Part shown: positions 25,104 to 34,568 of the stretch, one piece after another
How the letters are laid out: each line of letters starts with the position of its first letter
How positions within the stretch are numbered: position 1 is the first letter of the stretch
Origin: Patescibacteria group bacterium
Lineage (GTDB): Bacteria; Patescibacteriota; Minisyncoccia; UBA6257; UBA9933
Assembly: GCA_038062875.1 (NCBI GenBank)
Contig: JBBTWF010000001.1
Location: 27,769 to 91,768 of the forward strand
Length of the DNA stretch: 64,000 nt
Reading direction: 5' to 3'
Program-made: the position numbers and the translations under genes
Notes under the pieces: generated by a model
Databases searched by the model: none
The model's input: the letters and a program-made list of their open reading frames with translations, nothing else
What the model was told of the DNA's origin: nothing

Positions 25104-26108
25104 ATGAAACTTTCCATCGGCATTGTTGGTTTGCCTAATGTCGGCAAGTCAACGCTTTTTAAAATTTTAACCAAACAAGAGGTGAATATCGCTAATTATC
25201 CTTTCGCGACCATAGACCCTAATGTCGGGGTTGTTGCGGTTCCGGACGAACGGCTGGAAAAATTGGCGAAATTGAGCGCTTCCAAAAAGATTGTTCCGGC
25301 GTTCGTGGAATTTTATGATATCGCCGGCCTTGTTAAGGGCGCCAACAAAGGCGAGGGCTTGGGCAACCAATTTTTAAGCCATATCCGCGAAACGAATGCT
25401 ATTGTCCATATTGTTCGTTGTTTTCAATCAGCGGAAATTATTCACGTTGAAACCGAAATTAATCCATTAAGGGATTTGGAAATTATCAATACCGAATTGA
25501 TTTTAAAGGACTTGGAAACCGTTGAAAAAAGATTGAATAGTTTGGAAAAAGAAGCGAGAACAGGCGAGAAGCAAAGAACCAAAGATTTGGAAATTTTAAA
25601 AACAATTAAAGAAAATTTAAATAAAAATATTTTAGCGATTAATTCGGGGGAAATCGCAGTCGAACAGGTTATAAAAGAATTAAATTTATTGACAGCTAAA
25701 AAAGTCATTTATTTATTAAATGGAGAACCAAAAGATGTAAGCGATGAATTAAGTGGAGCGATTAAGGAGTTAAACTCGGATTATTTAATTGTTGATTTGG
25801 CAATCGCTGAAAATATTGACGAGTTAATAAAGAAAGCGTATGAAATTTTGGGTTTGCTTAGTTTTTTCACAACTGGCGAAGACGAAACGCGCGCTTGGAC
25901 TATTAGAAAAGGCGAAATAGCTCCGCAGGCGGCTGGCGCGATTCATACGGATTTTGAAAAGAAATTTATTAAAGCGGAAACGGTCGGTTATGAAAAACTT
26001 TTGGAAAGCGGCTCGTGGAACAGCGCCAGACAAAAAGGATTTCTCCGATTAGAAGGGAAAGAATATGTCGTCCAAGACGGAGATGTAATAGTAGTAAGAC
26101 ATGGGTAA
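25104..26108 (+). CDS. ychF: Ribosome-binding ATPase YchF (Obg-family GTPase)
   Basis: G1 [10 protein letters not shown]2 region, C-terminal TGS domain ([18 protein letters not shown]). Confidence 0.9.
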   Translation: MKLSIGIVGLPNVGKSTLFKILTKQEVNIANYPFATIDPNVGVVAVPDERLEKLAKLSASKKIVPAFVEFYDIAGLVKGANKGEGLGNQFLSHIRETNAIVHIVRCFQSAEIIHVETEINPLRDLEIINTELILKDLETVEKRLNSLEKEARTGEKQRTKDLEILKTIKENLNKNILAINSGEIAVEQVIKELNLLTAKKVIYLLNGEPKDVSDELSGAIKELNSDYLIVDLAIAENIDELIKKAYEILGLLSFFTTGEDETRAWTIRKGEIAPQAAGAIHTDFEKKFIKAETVGYEKLLESGSWNSARQKGFLRLEGKEYVVQDGDVIVVRHG

Positions 26109-26168
26109 GAGTTGAAATTTGTTAGAAAATTTGAGAAAATATAAGTATCATTAAATTAACTATTAATT

Positions 26169-27557
26169 ATGAATAAAAAAAGAGTAAAAATGGCGGATAT
26201 TGTAAGGACGACGCGGCCGACTCATTCGGTTGATCCAGAGCGCAAAGCCAGTTTCTTGGTGGAAAACAAACACGTTCAAGAATCAAAAAATAAAAAACAC
26301 GAAGATAAAATTTTAAATGAATTAAGCAAAAAAGTCGAGTATTTTGAAAAAGAAGAGGTTGACGTATTTAACAAAGAAGACGCTCATCGCAAAAAAAGAT
26401 TTTTTTCCTTAAGAAAACCAAAATGGAAAACTTTTATTTTGTTGATTTTGATATTAATTTTAATCGGAGGCGGAGCTTATTGCGCTGTTACATTTCTTCC
26501 GCGGGCGGAAATTAAAATTATTACAGAAAAATCCAATTGGGAATATAACGATTCAGTAATCGCGAGTAAGAAAATTAGCGGAGTTGATTTAGCCGGAAAA
26601 AAAATTCCCGCGGAAGTTTTTTCTCAGAAAAAAAACAACAATCTTTTGTTTCCGGCGACCGGGACTAAAGATGTTAAGCAAAAAGCAATCGGCAAAATCA
26701 TAATTTATAACGCTTACAGTTCAGAGTCGCAGTTGCTAATCGCCAATACTCGTTTTCTGGCTCCTGATGGGAAAATTTTCCGTCTAACCAACAAAATTAT
26801 CGTTCCGGGAGCTAAAATCGTTGAAGGAAAAATTATTTCTTCAAGTATTGAGGCGGGAGTGATGGCTGACGCGGCTGGTGAAGAATACAATATTAAACCC
26901 GTTGAATATTTTTCTATTCCCGGTTTTAAGGATTCGGCGAAATACAAAGGATTTTACGCTGAATCAAAAAATTCAATGACTGGCGGTTTTATAGGAAAGA
27001 TGGCCGTGCCGACCGATGAGAACATTAAGCAGGCAAAAGAAAAAAACAGGCAAATTCTGCAACAAGCGTTGAATTCTTTTATATATTCGCAAATACCGGA
27101 GGGTTTTAAGATTATTGAGGGAGCCGAACAATTTAATATTATAAAAGAAACCGTTAATAAAGAAACCGACGCGGTCGGAAATTTTGCGGTCTTCGGCGAA
27201 GCCGAACTTTCAATAACCGCTTTTAAAGAAGAAGACGCGAAGAATTTAATAGTTAGTTTAGCGAAAGGAGAATTAGGCAAGGAATTTGAGCCAAAGGAAT
27301 ATCAATTGAATTACGGAATCAGCAGGGCAGATATTAATAACGGTTCGATTTCATTCCCAGTTGATTTTCAAGGAGTTTTTTGGCAAGCAATAGATATTGG
27401 AACATTCAGAGAATCAATAAAGAATAAAAGCGAATCGGAGTTGAGAGGCGCGGTTTTTTCTTTGCCTAAGGTGGAAAAAGTAGAGGTTTCTTTCTGGCCT
27501 TTTTGGGTTAATCAGGTGCCAGATAATACTGATAGGATAAAAGTGGTAATAGAATAA
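26169..27557 (+). CDS. Hypothetical membrane-anchored protein (basic cytoplasmic N-terminus, one TM helix, large extracytoplasmic domain)
   Basis: ORF structure only; no family recognised. Confidence 0.45.
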   Translation: MNKKRVKMADIVRTTRPTHSVDPERKASFLVENKHVQESKNKKHEDKILNELSKKVEYFEKEEVDVFNKEDAHRKKRFFSLRKPKWKTFILLILILILIGGGAYCAVTFLPRAEIKIITEKSNWEYNDSVIASKKISGVDLAGKKIPAEVFSQKKNNNLLFPATGTKDVKQKAIGKIIIYNAYSSESQLLIANTRFLAPDGKIFRLTNKIIVPGAKIVEGKIISSSIEAGVMADAAGEEYNIKPVEYFSIPGFKDSAKYKGFYAESKNSMTGGFIGKMAVPTDENIKQAKEKNRQILQQALNSFIYSQIPEGFKIIEGAEQFNIIKETVNKETDAVGNFAVFGEAELSITAFKEEDAKNLIVSLAKGELGKEFEPKEYQLNYGISRADINNGSISFPVDFQGVFWQAIDIGTFRESIKNKSESELRGAVFSLPKVEKVEVSFWPFWVNQVPDNTDRIKVVIE

Positions 27558-27599
27558 AGGTTATTTGACTTTTAAATTTGCTTAATATATTATTCTTAC

Positions 27600-27839
27600 G
27601 TGGCATTTGGCAGGAAGAAATTTTTAAATAAAAAACCATCAGAAAACCAGATTGAAGGGATGGTTATTGAAGCGTTGCCCGGAGCCAGTTTTAAAGTTAA
27701 GATAATGGGAGATAAAGATATTTTGGCTTATCTTGCCGGAAAAATGAGGATGTATCATATTAAGGTTTTGCCTGGCGATAAAGTTCTTTTGGAACTTAGT
27801 CCTGATGGGAATAGGGGGAGAATAGTTAGAAGATTATAA
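27600..27839 (+). CDS. infA: Translation initiation factor IF-1 (GTG start)
   Basis: S1-like OB fold (GMVIEALPGASFKVKIMGDKDILAYLAGKMR); first gene of the displaced alpha-operon block. Confidence 0.9.
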   Translation: MAFGRKKFLNKKPSENQIEGMVIEALPGASFKVKIMGDKDILAYLAGKMRMYHIKVLPGDKVLLELSPDGNRGRIVRRL

Positions 27840-27845
27840 ACAATT

Positions 27846-27959
27846 ATGAAAGTGCGTTCATCAGTAAAAAAAATTTGTAAAAATTGTAAAACCGTCCGGC
27901 GTCAAGGACGGATTTATGTGATTTGTAAGATAAAGAAACATAAGCAGAGGCAAGGATAA
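27846..27959 (+). CDS. rpmJ: 50S ribosomal protein L36 (37 aa; not in the supplied ORF track)
   Basis: Manual translation [37 protein letters not shown] with the zinc ribbon C-x2-C...C-x-x-H-like pattern; it lies between infA and rpsM. Confidence 0.85.
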   Translation: MKVRSSVKKICKNCKTVRRQGRIYVICKIKKHKQRQG

Positions 27960-27960
27960 T

Positions 27961-28344
27961 ATGAGATTAATCGGCATAAACATTCCAGATAATAAAAGGA
28001 TGGAGATCGCCTTAACGTATATCTACGGCATTGGCCGTTCTTTAGCGACTCAAATTTTACAATCAGTTAAGATTGATATTGGTAAGCAAGCCAAGGATTT
28101 AACACAAGAAGAAGTCAGCCGCCTTAAGGAATTTATTGAAAAGAATTATAAAATTGAAGGTGAATTGCGCCAAATTATCAAACAAAACATCGGTCGCCTT
28201 AAGGAAATTAAATGTTATCGCGGAACCAGGCATTTGAAGAGATTGCCGGTAAGGGGTCAGCGAACCAAGACAAATTCTCGGACAATCAGAGGCAATGTCA
28301 GAAGAACGGTTTCCAGCGGTAAAAGAAAAACAGACCTTAAATAA
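27961..28344 (+). CDS. rpsM: 30S ribosomal protein S13
   Basis: MRLIGINIPDNKRMEIALTYIYGIGRSLA, an S13 start. Confidence 0.95.
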   Translation: MRLIGINIPDNKRMEIALTYIYGIGRSLATQILQSVKIDIGKQAKDLTQEEVSRLKEFIEKNYKIEGELRQIIKQNIGRLKEIKCYRGTRHLKRLPVRGQRTKTNSRTIRGNVRRTVSSGKRKTDLK

Positions 28345-28349
28345 AAAAT

Positions 28350-28808
28350 ATGGGTAAGAAAAAAATAACTCAAAAAACCGAAGAAGAGGTTTTGAAGGAA
28401 AAGGAGAAACTTGAGACGGCGATGACAAAAGCCGCTTCTAAAAACCAAAAAGAACCGAAAAGAATAGAAATCGGCAGGGCTTATATTAACGCGACTTATA
28501 ATAATACTATTTTAACGATTACCGATAAAGACGGTAGCGTAATAGCTTGGTCTTCAGCCGGCTCTTTGGGGTTTTCCGGTCCTAAAAAAGCAACACCTTT
28601 CGCCGCTTCAAAAGTAGTGGCTGCTGTTGTTGAGAAATTAAAGAAATCAAAACCGGAGAATTTGGAAGTAATCGTTAAGGGCGTTGGAAGCGGTCGAGAT
28701 TCAGCGGTGAGGTCTTTAGCCAATCAAGGGTTTAATATTTTATCAATTAAAGATGTTACGCCGATTCCGCATAACGGGCCAAGACCGACAAAAACGAGAC
28801 GCGTATAA
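28350..28808 (+). CDS. rpsK: 30S ribosomal protein S11 (with a lysine/glutamate-rich N-terminal extension)
   Basis: Core GRAYINATYNNTILTITDKDGSVIAWSSAGSLGFSGPKKATPFAA, an S11 signature. Confidence 0.9.
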   Translation: MGKKKITQKTEEEVLKEKEKLETAMTKAASKNQKEPKRIEIGRAYINATYNNTILTITDKDGSVIAWSSAGSLGFSGPKKATPFAASKVVAAVVEKLKKSKPENLEVIVKGVGSGRDSAVRSLANQGFNILSIKDVTPIPHNGPRPTKTRRV

Positions 28809-28819
28809 ATTATAAAATT

Positions 28820-29437
28820 ATGAAAAGATCGTCAGAAAAAAAAGAACGTTCATTGGGGATGAAACTTTTCTTAAAAGGGGATCGTTGTAATTCTCCAAAA
28901 TGCGTAATGATTAGGCGTCCTTATAAACCCGGAATTCACGGCAAGGGACGGCATCGGGCGCTTTCCGAATATGGACAGCAATTGCTTGAAAAACAGAGAA
29001 TCAAAGCGAGCTACGGGTTAAAAGAAACGCAAATGCGCAATATTTTTAAAAAAGCGTTAAGTAAAACCGGCGCGACGGTGGGTGAAATTATAATTAAATC
29101 ATTGGAACGGCGTCTTGATAACGCGATTTTTCGTTTAGGATTCGCTTCTTCAAGAGTTGTTGCCAGACAATTGATAAATCACGGACATTTTTCGGTGAAT
29201 GGCAGAAAAATAACAATACCTTCATTTCAAGTTAAGCCGAATGATATTATTTCAATTAGGCCTTCTTCGGCGAACCTCTTGATTTTTAAGAATTTATCCG
29301 ATATAATTAAAAAATACGAAGCGCCGGATTGGCTGGCGATTGACAAGGAAAAAATTGAAGGTTTAGTCGTGTCGTTGCCAAAAGACATAGAAATGCCTTT
29401 TGATATTAATTTAGTGGTTGATTATTATTCAAGATAA
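28820..29437 (+). CDS. rpsD: 30S ribosomal protein S4
   Basis: Zn-ribbon-like N-terminus (CNSPKC) plus S4 domain (RRLDNAIFRLGFASSRVVARQLINHGHFSVNGRKI). Confidence 0.95.
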   Translation: MKRSSEKKERSLGMKLFLKGDRCNSPKCVMIRRPYKPGIHGKGRHRALSEYGQQLLEKQRIKASYGLKETQMRNIFKKALSKTGATVGEIIIKSLERRLDNAIFRLGFASSRVVARQLINHGHFSVNGRKITIPSFQVKPNDIISIRPSSANLLIFKNLSDIIKKYEAPDWLAIDKEKIEGLVVSLPKDIEMPFDINLVVDYYSR

Positions 29438-29439
29438 TT

Positions 29440-30231
29440 ATGGAATACGCTCGTTTAAGTGAAACGGTAAAAATTAAAAAAATTTCCGAAACCGATAAAA
29501 TTGGTATTTTTGAAATTGAAGGACTTTTTACAGGATATGGCCTGACTTTAGGCAATGCTTTGCGTCGCGTCCTTCTTTCTTCATTGCCGGGCGCGGCTAT
29601 CACCAGAGTGAAAATAAAAGGGGTTCCCCATGAATTTTCTACGATTAACGGAGTGATGGAAGACGTGGTGGAAATCATTTTAAATCTTAAAAAGATTCGT
29701 TTTAAATTTTTTGCCGATGAACCGCAGATTCTTACAATTAAAGAAAAAGGAGAAAAGAAAATAACGGCCGCAGACATAAAAACCAATTCTCAAGTTGAGG
29801 TAGTTGATTTAGAGGCGCCGATCGCCACTTTGACCAGTAAAAACGCCGAATTGGATATAGAGATTACCGTTGAGAAGGGATTGGGTTATGTGCCGGTTGA
29901 AATCAGGAAATCCGAAAAATTACCGATTGGAACGATTGCGATTGACGCTATTTTCACGCCGATTACCAAAGTAAATTTCATTATTGAAAATATGCGGGTT
30001 GGAGACAGAACCGATTATAATCGATTAAGAATTATTATAGAGACAGACGGTACGATATCTCCTTCAAAGTCCTTGCATAAAGCCAGTAATATTTTAAAAG
30101 ACCATTTTGATAAAGCGTCGGCAATTGAGGTGCAAGAAGTTAAAGAAATTGTTCCAACAAAAGAAACCAAAAAAGCCAAAACAATAAAAACAAAAATAGT
30201 TAAAAAGGCGGTTAAAAAGAAAAAGAAATAA
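29440..30231 (+). CDS. rpoA: DNA-directed RNA polymerase alpha subunit, N-terminal domain only; a lysine-rich tail replaces the alpha-CTD
   Basis: 263 aa against about 330 typical; alpha-NTD motifs (GYGLTLGNALRRVLLSSLPGAAIT) are present. The final about 40 aa are a poly-K tail with no alpha-CTD HhH. Confidence 0.8.
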   Translation: MEYARLSETVKIKKISETDKIGIFEIEGLFTGYGLTLGNALRRVLLSSLPGAAITRVKIKGVPHEFSTINGVMEDVVEIILNLKKIRFKFFADEPQILTIKEKGEKKITAADIKTNSQVEVVDLEAPIATLTSKNAELDIEITVEKGLGYVPVEIRKSEKLPIGTIAIDAIFTPITKVNFIIENMRVGDRTDYNRLRIIIETDGTISPSKSLHKASNILKDHFDKASAIEVQEVKEIVPTKETKKAKTIKTKIVKKAVKKKKK

Positions 30232-30239
30232 AGGTAAAT

Positions 30240-30590
30240 ATGAGGCATCTTAAAAAAAATAGAAAATTTCATCGAAAAAAAGGGCAACGAACAGCCCTTT
30301 TTAAAAATTTGGCTAATAATTTAATTTTAAAAGGAAAAATCGAGACCACGGAAGAAAAAGCCAAGACGATCAAATCAAGAGTGGAAAAATTGATAACCGT
30401 CGCGAAAAAACAAAATTTGGCGGCTTTAAGAATTTTAATCAGCCGTTTATCGAAAAAAATGGCTGAAAAACTTTATTATGAAACAGCTCTTCGTTATAAA
30501 GAACGCAAAGGAGGATATTTAAGAATTATTAAGTCCGGGAAAAGAAGAAAAAACGACGGAGCAAAAATGGCGATAATTGAATTTGTGTAA
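30240..30590 (+). CDS. rplQ: 50S ribosomal protein L17
   Basis: MRHLKKNRKFHRKKGQRTALFKNLANNLI, an L17 start; follows rpoA. Confidence 0.9.
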   Translation: MRHLKKNRKFHRKKGQRTALFKNLANNLILKGKIETTEEKAKTIKSRVEKLITVAKKQNLAALRILISRLSKKMAEKLYYETALRYKERKGGYLRIIKSGKRRKNDGAKMAIIEFV

Positions 30591-30592
30591 AT

Positions 30593-30940
30593 ATGGATAT
30601 TACAATCGACGCTAAAAATAAAAAATTAGGCAGATTGGCTTCCGAGATAGCTTCTTTTTTACAAGGGAAAAACGACCCAAAACACGAGTCGCGTTTTGAA
30701 GGCGATAATCGCGTGATTGTAAAAAATATCGGCAAAATAGAAATAAGCGGGCGAAAAATTAAAGACAAAGTTTATTATCATCACACCACTCAAATCGGCC
30801 ATTTAAAAAAACAGACGTTTCAGCAGGTTTGGGACAAACTCGGTCCGGCAGAAGTTTTACGCCGAGCCGTGGTTGGAATGTTGCCAAAAAATAAACTGCA
30901 GGCGAAAAGGATAAAAAGATTAATTATAGAAAATGCCTAA
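30593..30940 (+). CDS. rplM: 50S ribosomal protein L13
   Basis: 115 aa; rplM-rpsI pair; RLASEIASFLQGK motif. Confidence 0.88.
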   Translation: MDITIDAKNKKLGRLASEIASFLQGKNDPKHESRFEGDNRVIVKNIGKIEISGRKIKDKVYYHHTTQIGHLKKQTFQQVWDKLGPAEVLRRAVVGMLPKNKLQAKRIKRLIIENA

Positions 30941-31388
30941 ACAATCACCAAAAATTACTAAAATAAAAAAACAAGAAAAAGAAGCGGTTCCAGAAAAAAA
31001 GGAGCGTTATTTTGAGGCGGTTGGACGCAGAAAAACAGCCATAGCCAGGGTTAGGCTTTATACTAAGAAGCTCGGTTTTACGATTAACGGCAGAGATTTG
31101 GATAAGTATTTTCCTGTTTTGCGTTTTCAAAAAGAAGCTATAATGCCTTTGGTTAAAATGAAGATCTCCGATAAATTAGGCGTAACCGTGAATGTAAAAG
31201 GCGGAGGTTTATCGGCCCAATCCGGCGCTGTTCGCCACGGTATCAGTCAGGCGTTAGTTAAGTTCAACCCGGAATTTAAGAAGAGATTGCGCAAAGTAGA
31301 TTATCTTACCCGTGATTCCAGAATGGTGGAACGCAAAAAACCAGGCCTAAAAAAGGCAAGGCGAGCGCCACAATGGAAGAAGCGATAA
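30933..31388 (+). CDS. rpsI: 30S ribosomal protein S9 (with an N-terminal extension)
   Basis: C-terminal GGGLSAQSGAVRHGISQAL...RKKPGLKKARRAPQWKKR, the S9 signature. Confidence 0.9.
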   Translation: MPKQSPKITKIKKQEKEAVPEKKERYFEAVGRRKTAIARVRLYTKKLGFTINGRDLDKYFPVLRFQKEAIMPLVKMKISDKLGVTVNVKGGGLSAQSGAVRHGISQALVKFNPEFKKRLRKVDYLTRDSRMVERKKPGLKKARRAPQWKKR

Positions 31389-31389
31389 T

Positions 31390-31821
31390 ATGACTTCTGA
31401 TAAATTTATTTTTATTTTTCTGTTTTTAATTTTGTTTCTTCATGTCGCGGCGATGATTAATTTTTGGTACTGGACTTATGCTTGGTTTGACATTCCGATG
31501 CATTTTTTGGGCGGTTTTTGGGTGGCTTTATTATTTTTCAATTTAAATTCAAAATTTAATTTTCTCCCTAATAATTCGTTATCCGGTAATTCAATAATTA
31601 ATAATTTAACAATCATAGTTTTGTCTCTCGGTTTCGTGGCCTTAGTGGCGGTTTGCTGGGAATTTTTTGAGTTTCTTTATGATGTTTTCATCTCATCTAA
31701 GGGATATGCCGGAGTTGCTCAATTGGGCGTTGCCGACACGATAGGGGATTTATTTTTAGGTCTTTTAGGCGGTTTAACCGCATCAATAATTATTAGAATT
31801 AGGCAGGAAATAAATTCATAG
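31390..31821 (+). CDS. Hypothetical integral membrane protein (4 predicted TM segments)
   Basis: Hydrophobic ORF only. Confidence 0.4.
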   Translation: MTSDKFIFIFLFLILFLHVAAMINFWYWTYAWFDIPMHFLGGFWVALLFFNLNSKFNFLPNNSLSGNSIINNLTIIVLSLGFVALVAVCWEFFEFLYDVFISSKGYAGVAQLGVADTIGDLFLGLLGGLTASIIIRIRQEINS

Positions 31822-33129
31822 CGCTATTTTCCACAAAGAGTTGTTTTGAATAAAATAAATTAAATTATTTTCTCGGTCGTAAAAAAATTGCAAAGATTGA
31901 TTAACGATAGCATATTGGTTCAAAGGCAAGCGGTCGTCAATTTCAATAAAATCGAACCGGTTGTCGTAATCGACAAAAAGATGCTCTGAATCCGCGTGCC
32001 AGATAATTTTTCTAATTTTTGACTTATTTTCTAAATTTAACCGGATAACATCGCCGGTTTTTTTGTTAATGTTTTGACGCAAGTCCTCCAAAAAGTGGAT
32101 ATTAACCCATCCGTCATTATCAAGAAAAGCGATTTTTTTATTGTCCGGCGAAAAAACAAAATCTTTGGCTGAATGGGCGATTTGGAGTAGCTCCTGGTTA
32201 GATGGATTGAATATATAAATATCGTCAAAATTGTCCAAAAAAGCGATTTTATTGTCAGCGTTGTCAACGCCGATTTTTTTAATTTCAGAACCTTTTTCAA
32301 TTGCCAACGGTTTTTGATTAAGCGCGGTTTTTGTTTTTAGGATTAAATTATAAGAGTAGAGGGTATAGCTTTTAGGTTTATCCGCCAGCTGGCGGATTTG
32401 GCTTTTAGTTCCTGTTTCATAGTAGATATTCGAATTCCCAATTGCCCAAGCTATCGGTTGTTCATTAATTATAGTATTTAAAATTAAGCGGTTGGTGTCT
32501 AAAATTTTCAATCCTTTTTTCGTTTCAATAATAAGTTTATCCGATTCAAAAGGATGAAAAGCAATACTTATAATATCAGTTTTTTCTTTACCAGAAGCGT
32601 TGTCAAAAGCAACGTTAATATTAAAAGCCGTTGACAGATTATTTAAATCATAAAGATAATACATTTGGCTCCCAGATTCTTTCAATATAATTTTATTGCC
32701 GTCTTTGCTTAAAGCAATGAATTCATCGCCTTTTATTTTTTGAGAATTTCCCAGCGACTCTTTTCTAATTTCTTGAGGAATTAAAATTACGTCGATTAAT
32801 TCGCTTACAACCGCTGATTCAACTGAAATATTTTTAAAGTAGGGGAGATATCCGTCTTTTTTAAGTTCAATTTTATAAGATTTAGATAGAAGATTTGGAA
32901 CTAAAGTGCCTTTCTGAATAATGCCCGAGCGGTTTTTAAAGTAGATATTGTTTATTTTTATAAAGGCGTCTTTTGGTTTTGTTTCAATATAAATCGCCCC
33001 AGTTTTTTTGAAATGAAAACTTGCGGGATTAAATCTCCAACCGTTGGAATATAAAATCGCTCCGGCGCCGGACAAGATAAAAATAAAGAATAAGCCGTAG
33101 AATAAGAAACGACGAGTTTTTAAGGTCAT
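31816..33129 (-). CDS. Hypothetical exported protein: N-terminal TM/signal, PEGA-like domain, then TolB-like beta-propeller repeats
   Basis: IYIETKPKDAFIKINN (PEGA-like) and repeated ...FSPDNKKIAFLDN... blades. Confidence 0.45.
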   Translation of the reverse strand: MTLKTRRFLFYGLFFIFILSGAGAILYSNGWRFNPASFHFKKTGAIYIETKPKDAFIKINNIYFKNRSGIIQKGTLVPNLLSKSYKIELKKDGYLPYFKNISVESAVVSELIDVILIPQEIRKESLGNSQKIKGDEFIALSKDGNKIILKESGSQMYYLYDLNNLSTAFNINVAFDNASGKEKTDIISIAFHPFESDKLIIETKKGLKILDTNRLILNTIINEQPIAWAIGNSNIYYETGTKSQIRQLADKPKSYTLYSYNLILKTKTALNQKPLAIEKGSEIKKIGVDNADNKIAFLDNFDDIYIFNPSNQELLQIAHSAKDFVFSPDNKKIAFLDNDGWVNIHFLEDLRQNINKKTGDVIRLNLENKSKIRKIIWHADSEHLFVDYDNRFDFIEIDDRLPLNQYAIVNQSLQFFYDRENNLIYFIQNNSLWKIAL

Positions 33130-33203
33130 TTTTAAATAGTTTTTAGTTGTTAGTTTTTGGCTTTTAGTTTATTATAATTCAATAAAGATATATTTAAAAG
33201 AGT

Positions 33204-34502
33204 ATGAACAGTTATATTATTAACGGAGGGAGAAAATTAAAAGGAGAGGTGATTATTAATCCGTCAAAGAATTCGGCAACCGCTATTTTGATTGCTTCGT
33301 TGTTAAACAAGAAAAAAACGACTATTGCCAATCTTCCTAAAATAGAAGAGGTTTTTAGAATAATTGAGGTTTTGGAAAGTATTGGCGTTAAAACAAAATG
33401 GAAAGGGAAAGCGCTTGAGATAACCCCTTCCGCAAAATTTACTCTTAATAAAATAAATATAAAAGCCGCCATTAGAACACGAAGTATAATTTTATTTATA
33501 GGCGCTTTAGTTCATAAATTTGGTTCTTTTGGTTTGCCAATGTCTGGAGGATGCAAACTTGGAGTAAGAACGATAATGCCCCATATTTACGCTCTGGAAA
33601 ATTTTGGAATTAAAATAAAGATGCTTTGCGATAAATTAAACGTAAGCCATAAAAAACTTCGTCCTGCGGGAGAAATTATAATGTATGAATCCGGAGACAC
33701 CGCGACTGAAAACGCCATTCTTGCCGCTTCGCTGATACCAGGAAAGACCGTTATAAAATTCGCCTCGTCAAATTATCAGGTTCAAGATTTATGTTATTTT
33801 TTAAGTAAATTGGGAGCGCGCATTGACGGAATTGGTTCAACAACTTTAACTATCTTAGGAAAAAGAAAATTATCCAAGGACATTAAATATTATTTGACCG
33901 AAGACCCGATTGAATCAATGCTTTTTCTTGCGGCGGCAGTTGTTACTAAATCGTCAATTATTATAAAAAGATGTCCCATTGAGTTTTTAGAGATAGAGCT
34001 TTTGAAGTTGAAAAAAATGGGATTTAGGTATAAGCTCTTAAGAAGTTATAAGGCAAGAAACGGATATGGAAAATTAGTGGATATTAGGACTTTTCCTTCA
34101 AATTTAACAGCCCCGGTTGAGAAGCTTTACGGAAGGCCGTTTCCAGGATTAAACATAGACAATCTTCCTTTTTTTGTTCCGATTTCCACGCAAGCCAAAG
34201 GGGAAACGCTGATTCACGATTGGGTTTACGAGAATAGGGCGATTTATTACGCTGAATTGAATCGGCTTGGAGCCAATGTGCGGCTTGCCGACCCGCACCG
34301 TATTTTTATAACTGGACCGACAAAACTGGAAGGAGCGGAAATTATGTGTCCGCCGGCGCTTCGGCCTTCGGCGATTATTTTAGTGGCGATGCTGGCGGCA
34401 AAAGGAAAATCGATTCTTAGAAACACTTATGCGATTGAGAGAGGATACGAAGATTTAGTTGGAAGATTGAAGAAATTAGAAGCAGATATAAAGAGAATAT
34501 AG
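33204..34502 (+). CDS. murA: UDP-N-acetylglucosamine 1-carboxyvinyltransferase
   Basis: EPT fold; active-site Cys in LPMSGGCKLG; a cell-wall gene neighbourhood. Confidence 0.85.
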   Translation: MNSYIINGGRKLKGEVIINPSKNSATAILIASLLNKKKTTIANLPKIEEVFRIIEVLESIGVKTKWKGKALEITPSAKFTLNKINIKAAIRTRSIILFIGALVHKFGSFGLPMSGGCKLGVRTIMPHIYALENFGIKIKMLCDKLNVSHKKLRPAGEIIMYESGDTATENAILAASLIPGKTVIKFASSNYQVQDLCYFLSKLGARIDGIGSTTLTILGKRKLSKDIKYYLTEDPIESMLFLAAAVVTKSSIIIKRCPIEFLEIELLKLKKMGFRYKLLRSYKARNGYGKLVDIRTFPSNLTAPVEKLYGRPFPGLNIDNLPFFVPISTQAKGETLIHDWVYENRAIYYAELNRLGANVRLADPHRIFITGPTKLEGAEIMCPPALRPSAIILVAMLAAKGKSILRNTYAIERGYEDLVGRLKKLEADIKRI

Positions 34503-34568
34503 AATTTAGAATATAGAATTTAGGGAACGAAAATCCTAAATCCTAAATCCTAAATCCTAAATCCTAAA
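34503..34568. repeat. Intergenic opposed-heptamer hairpin element (tagaatttagaatatagaatttaggg ... (tcctaaa)x5)
   Basis: Same family as 3367 and 4707; between murA and mreB-1. Confidence 0.8.
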
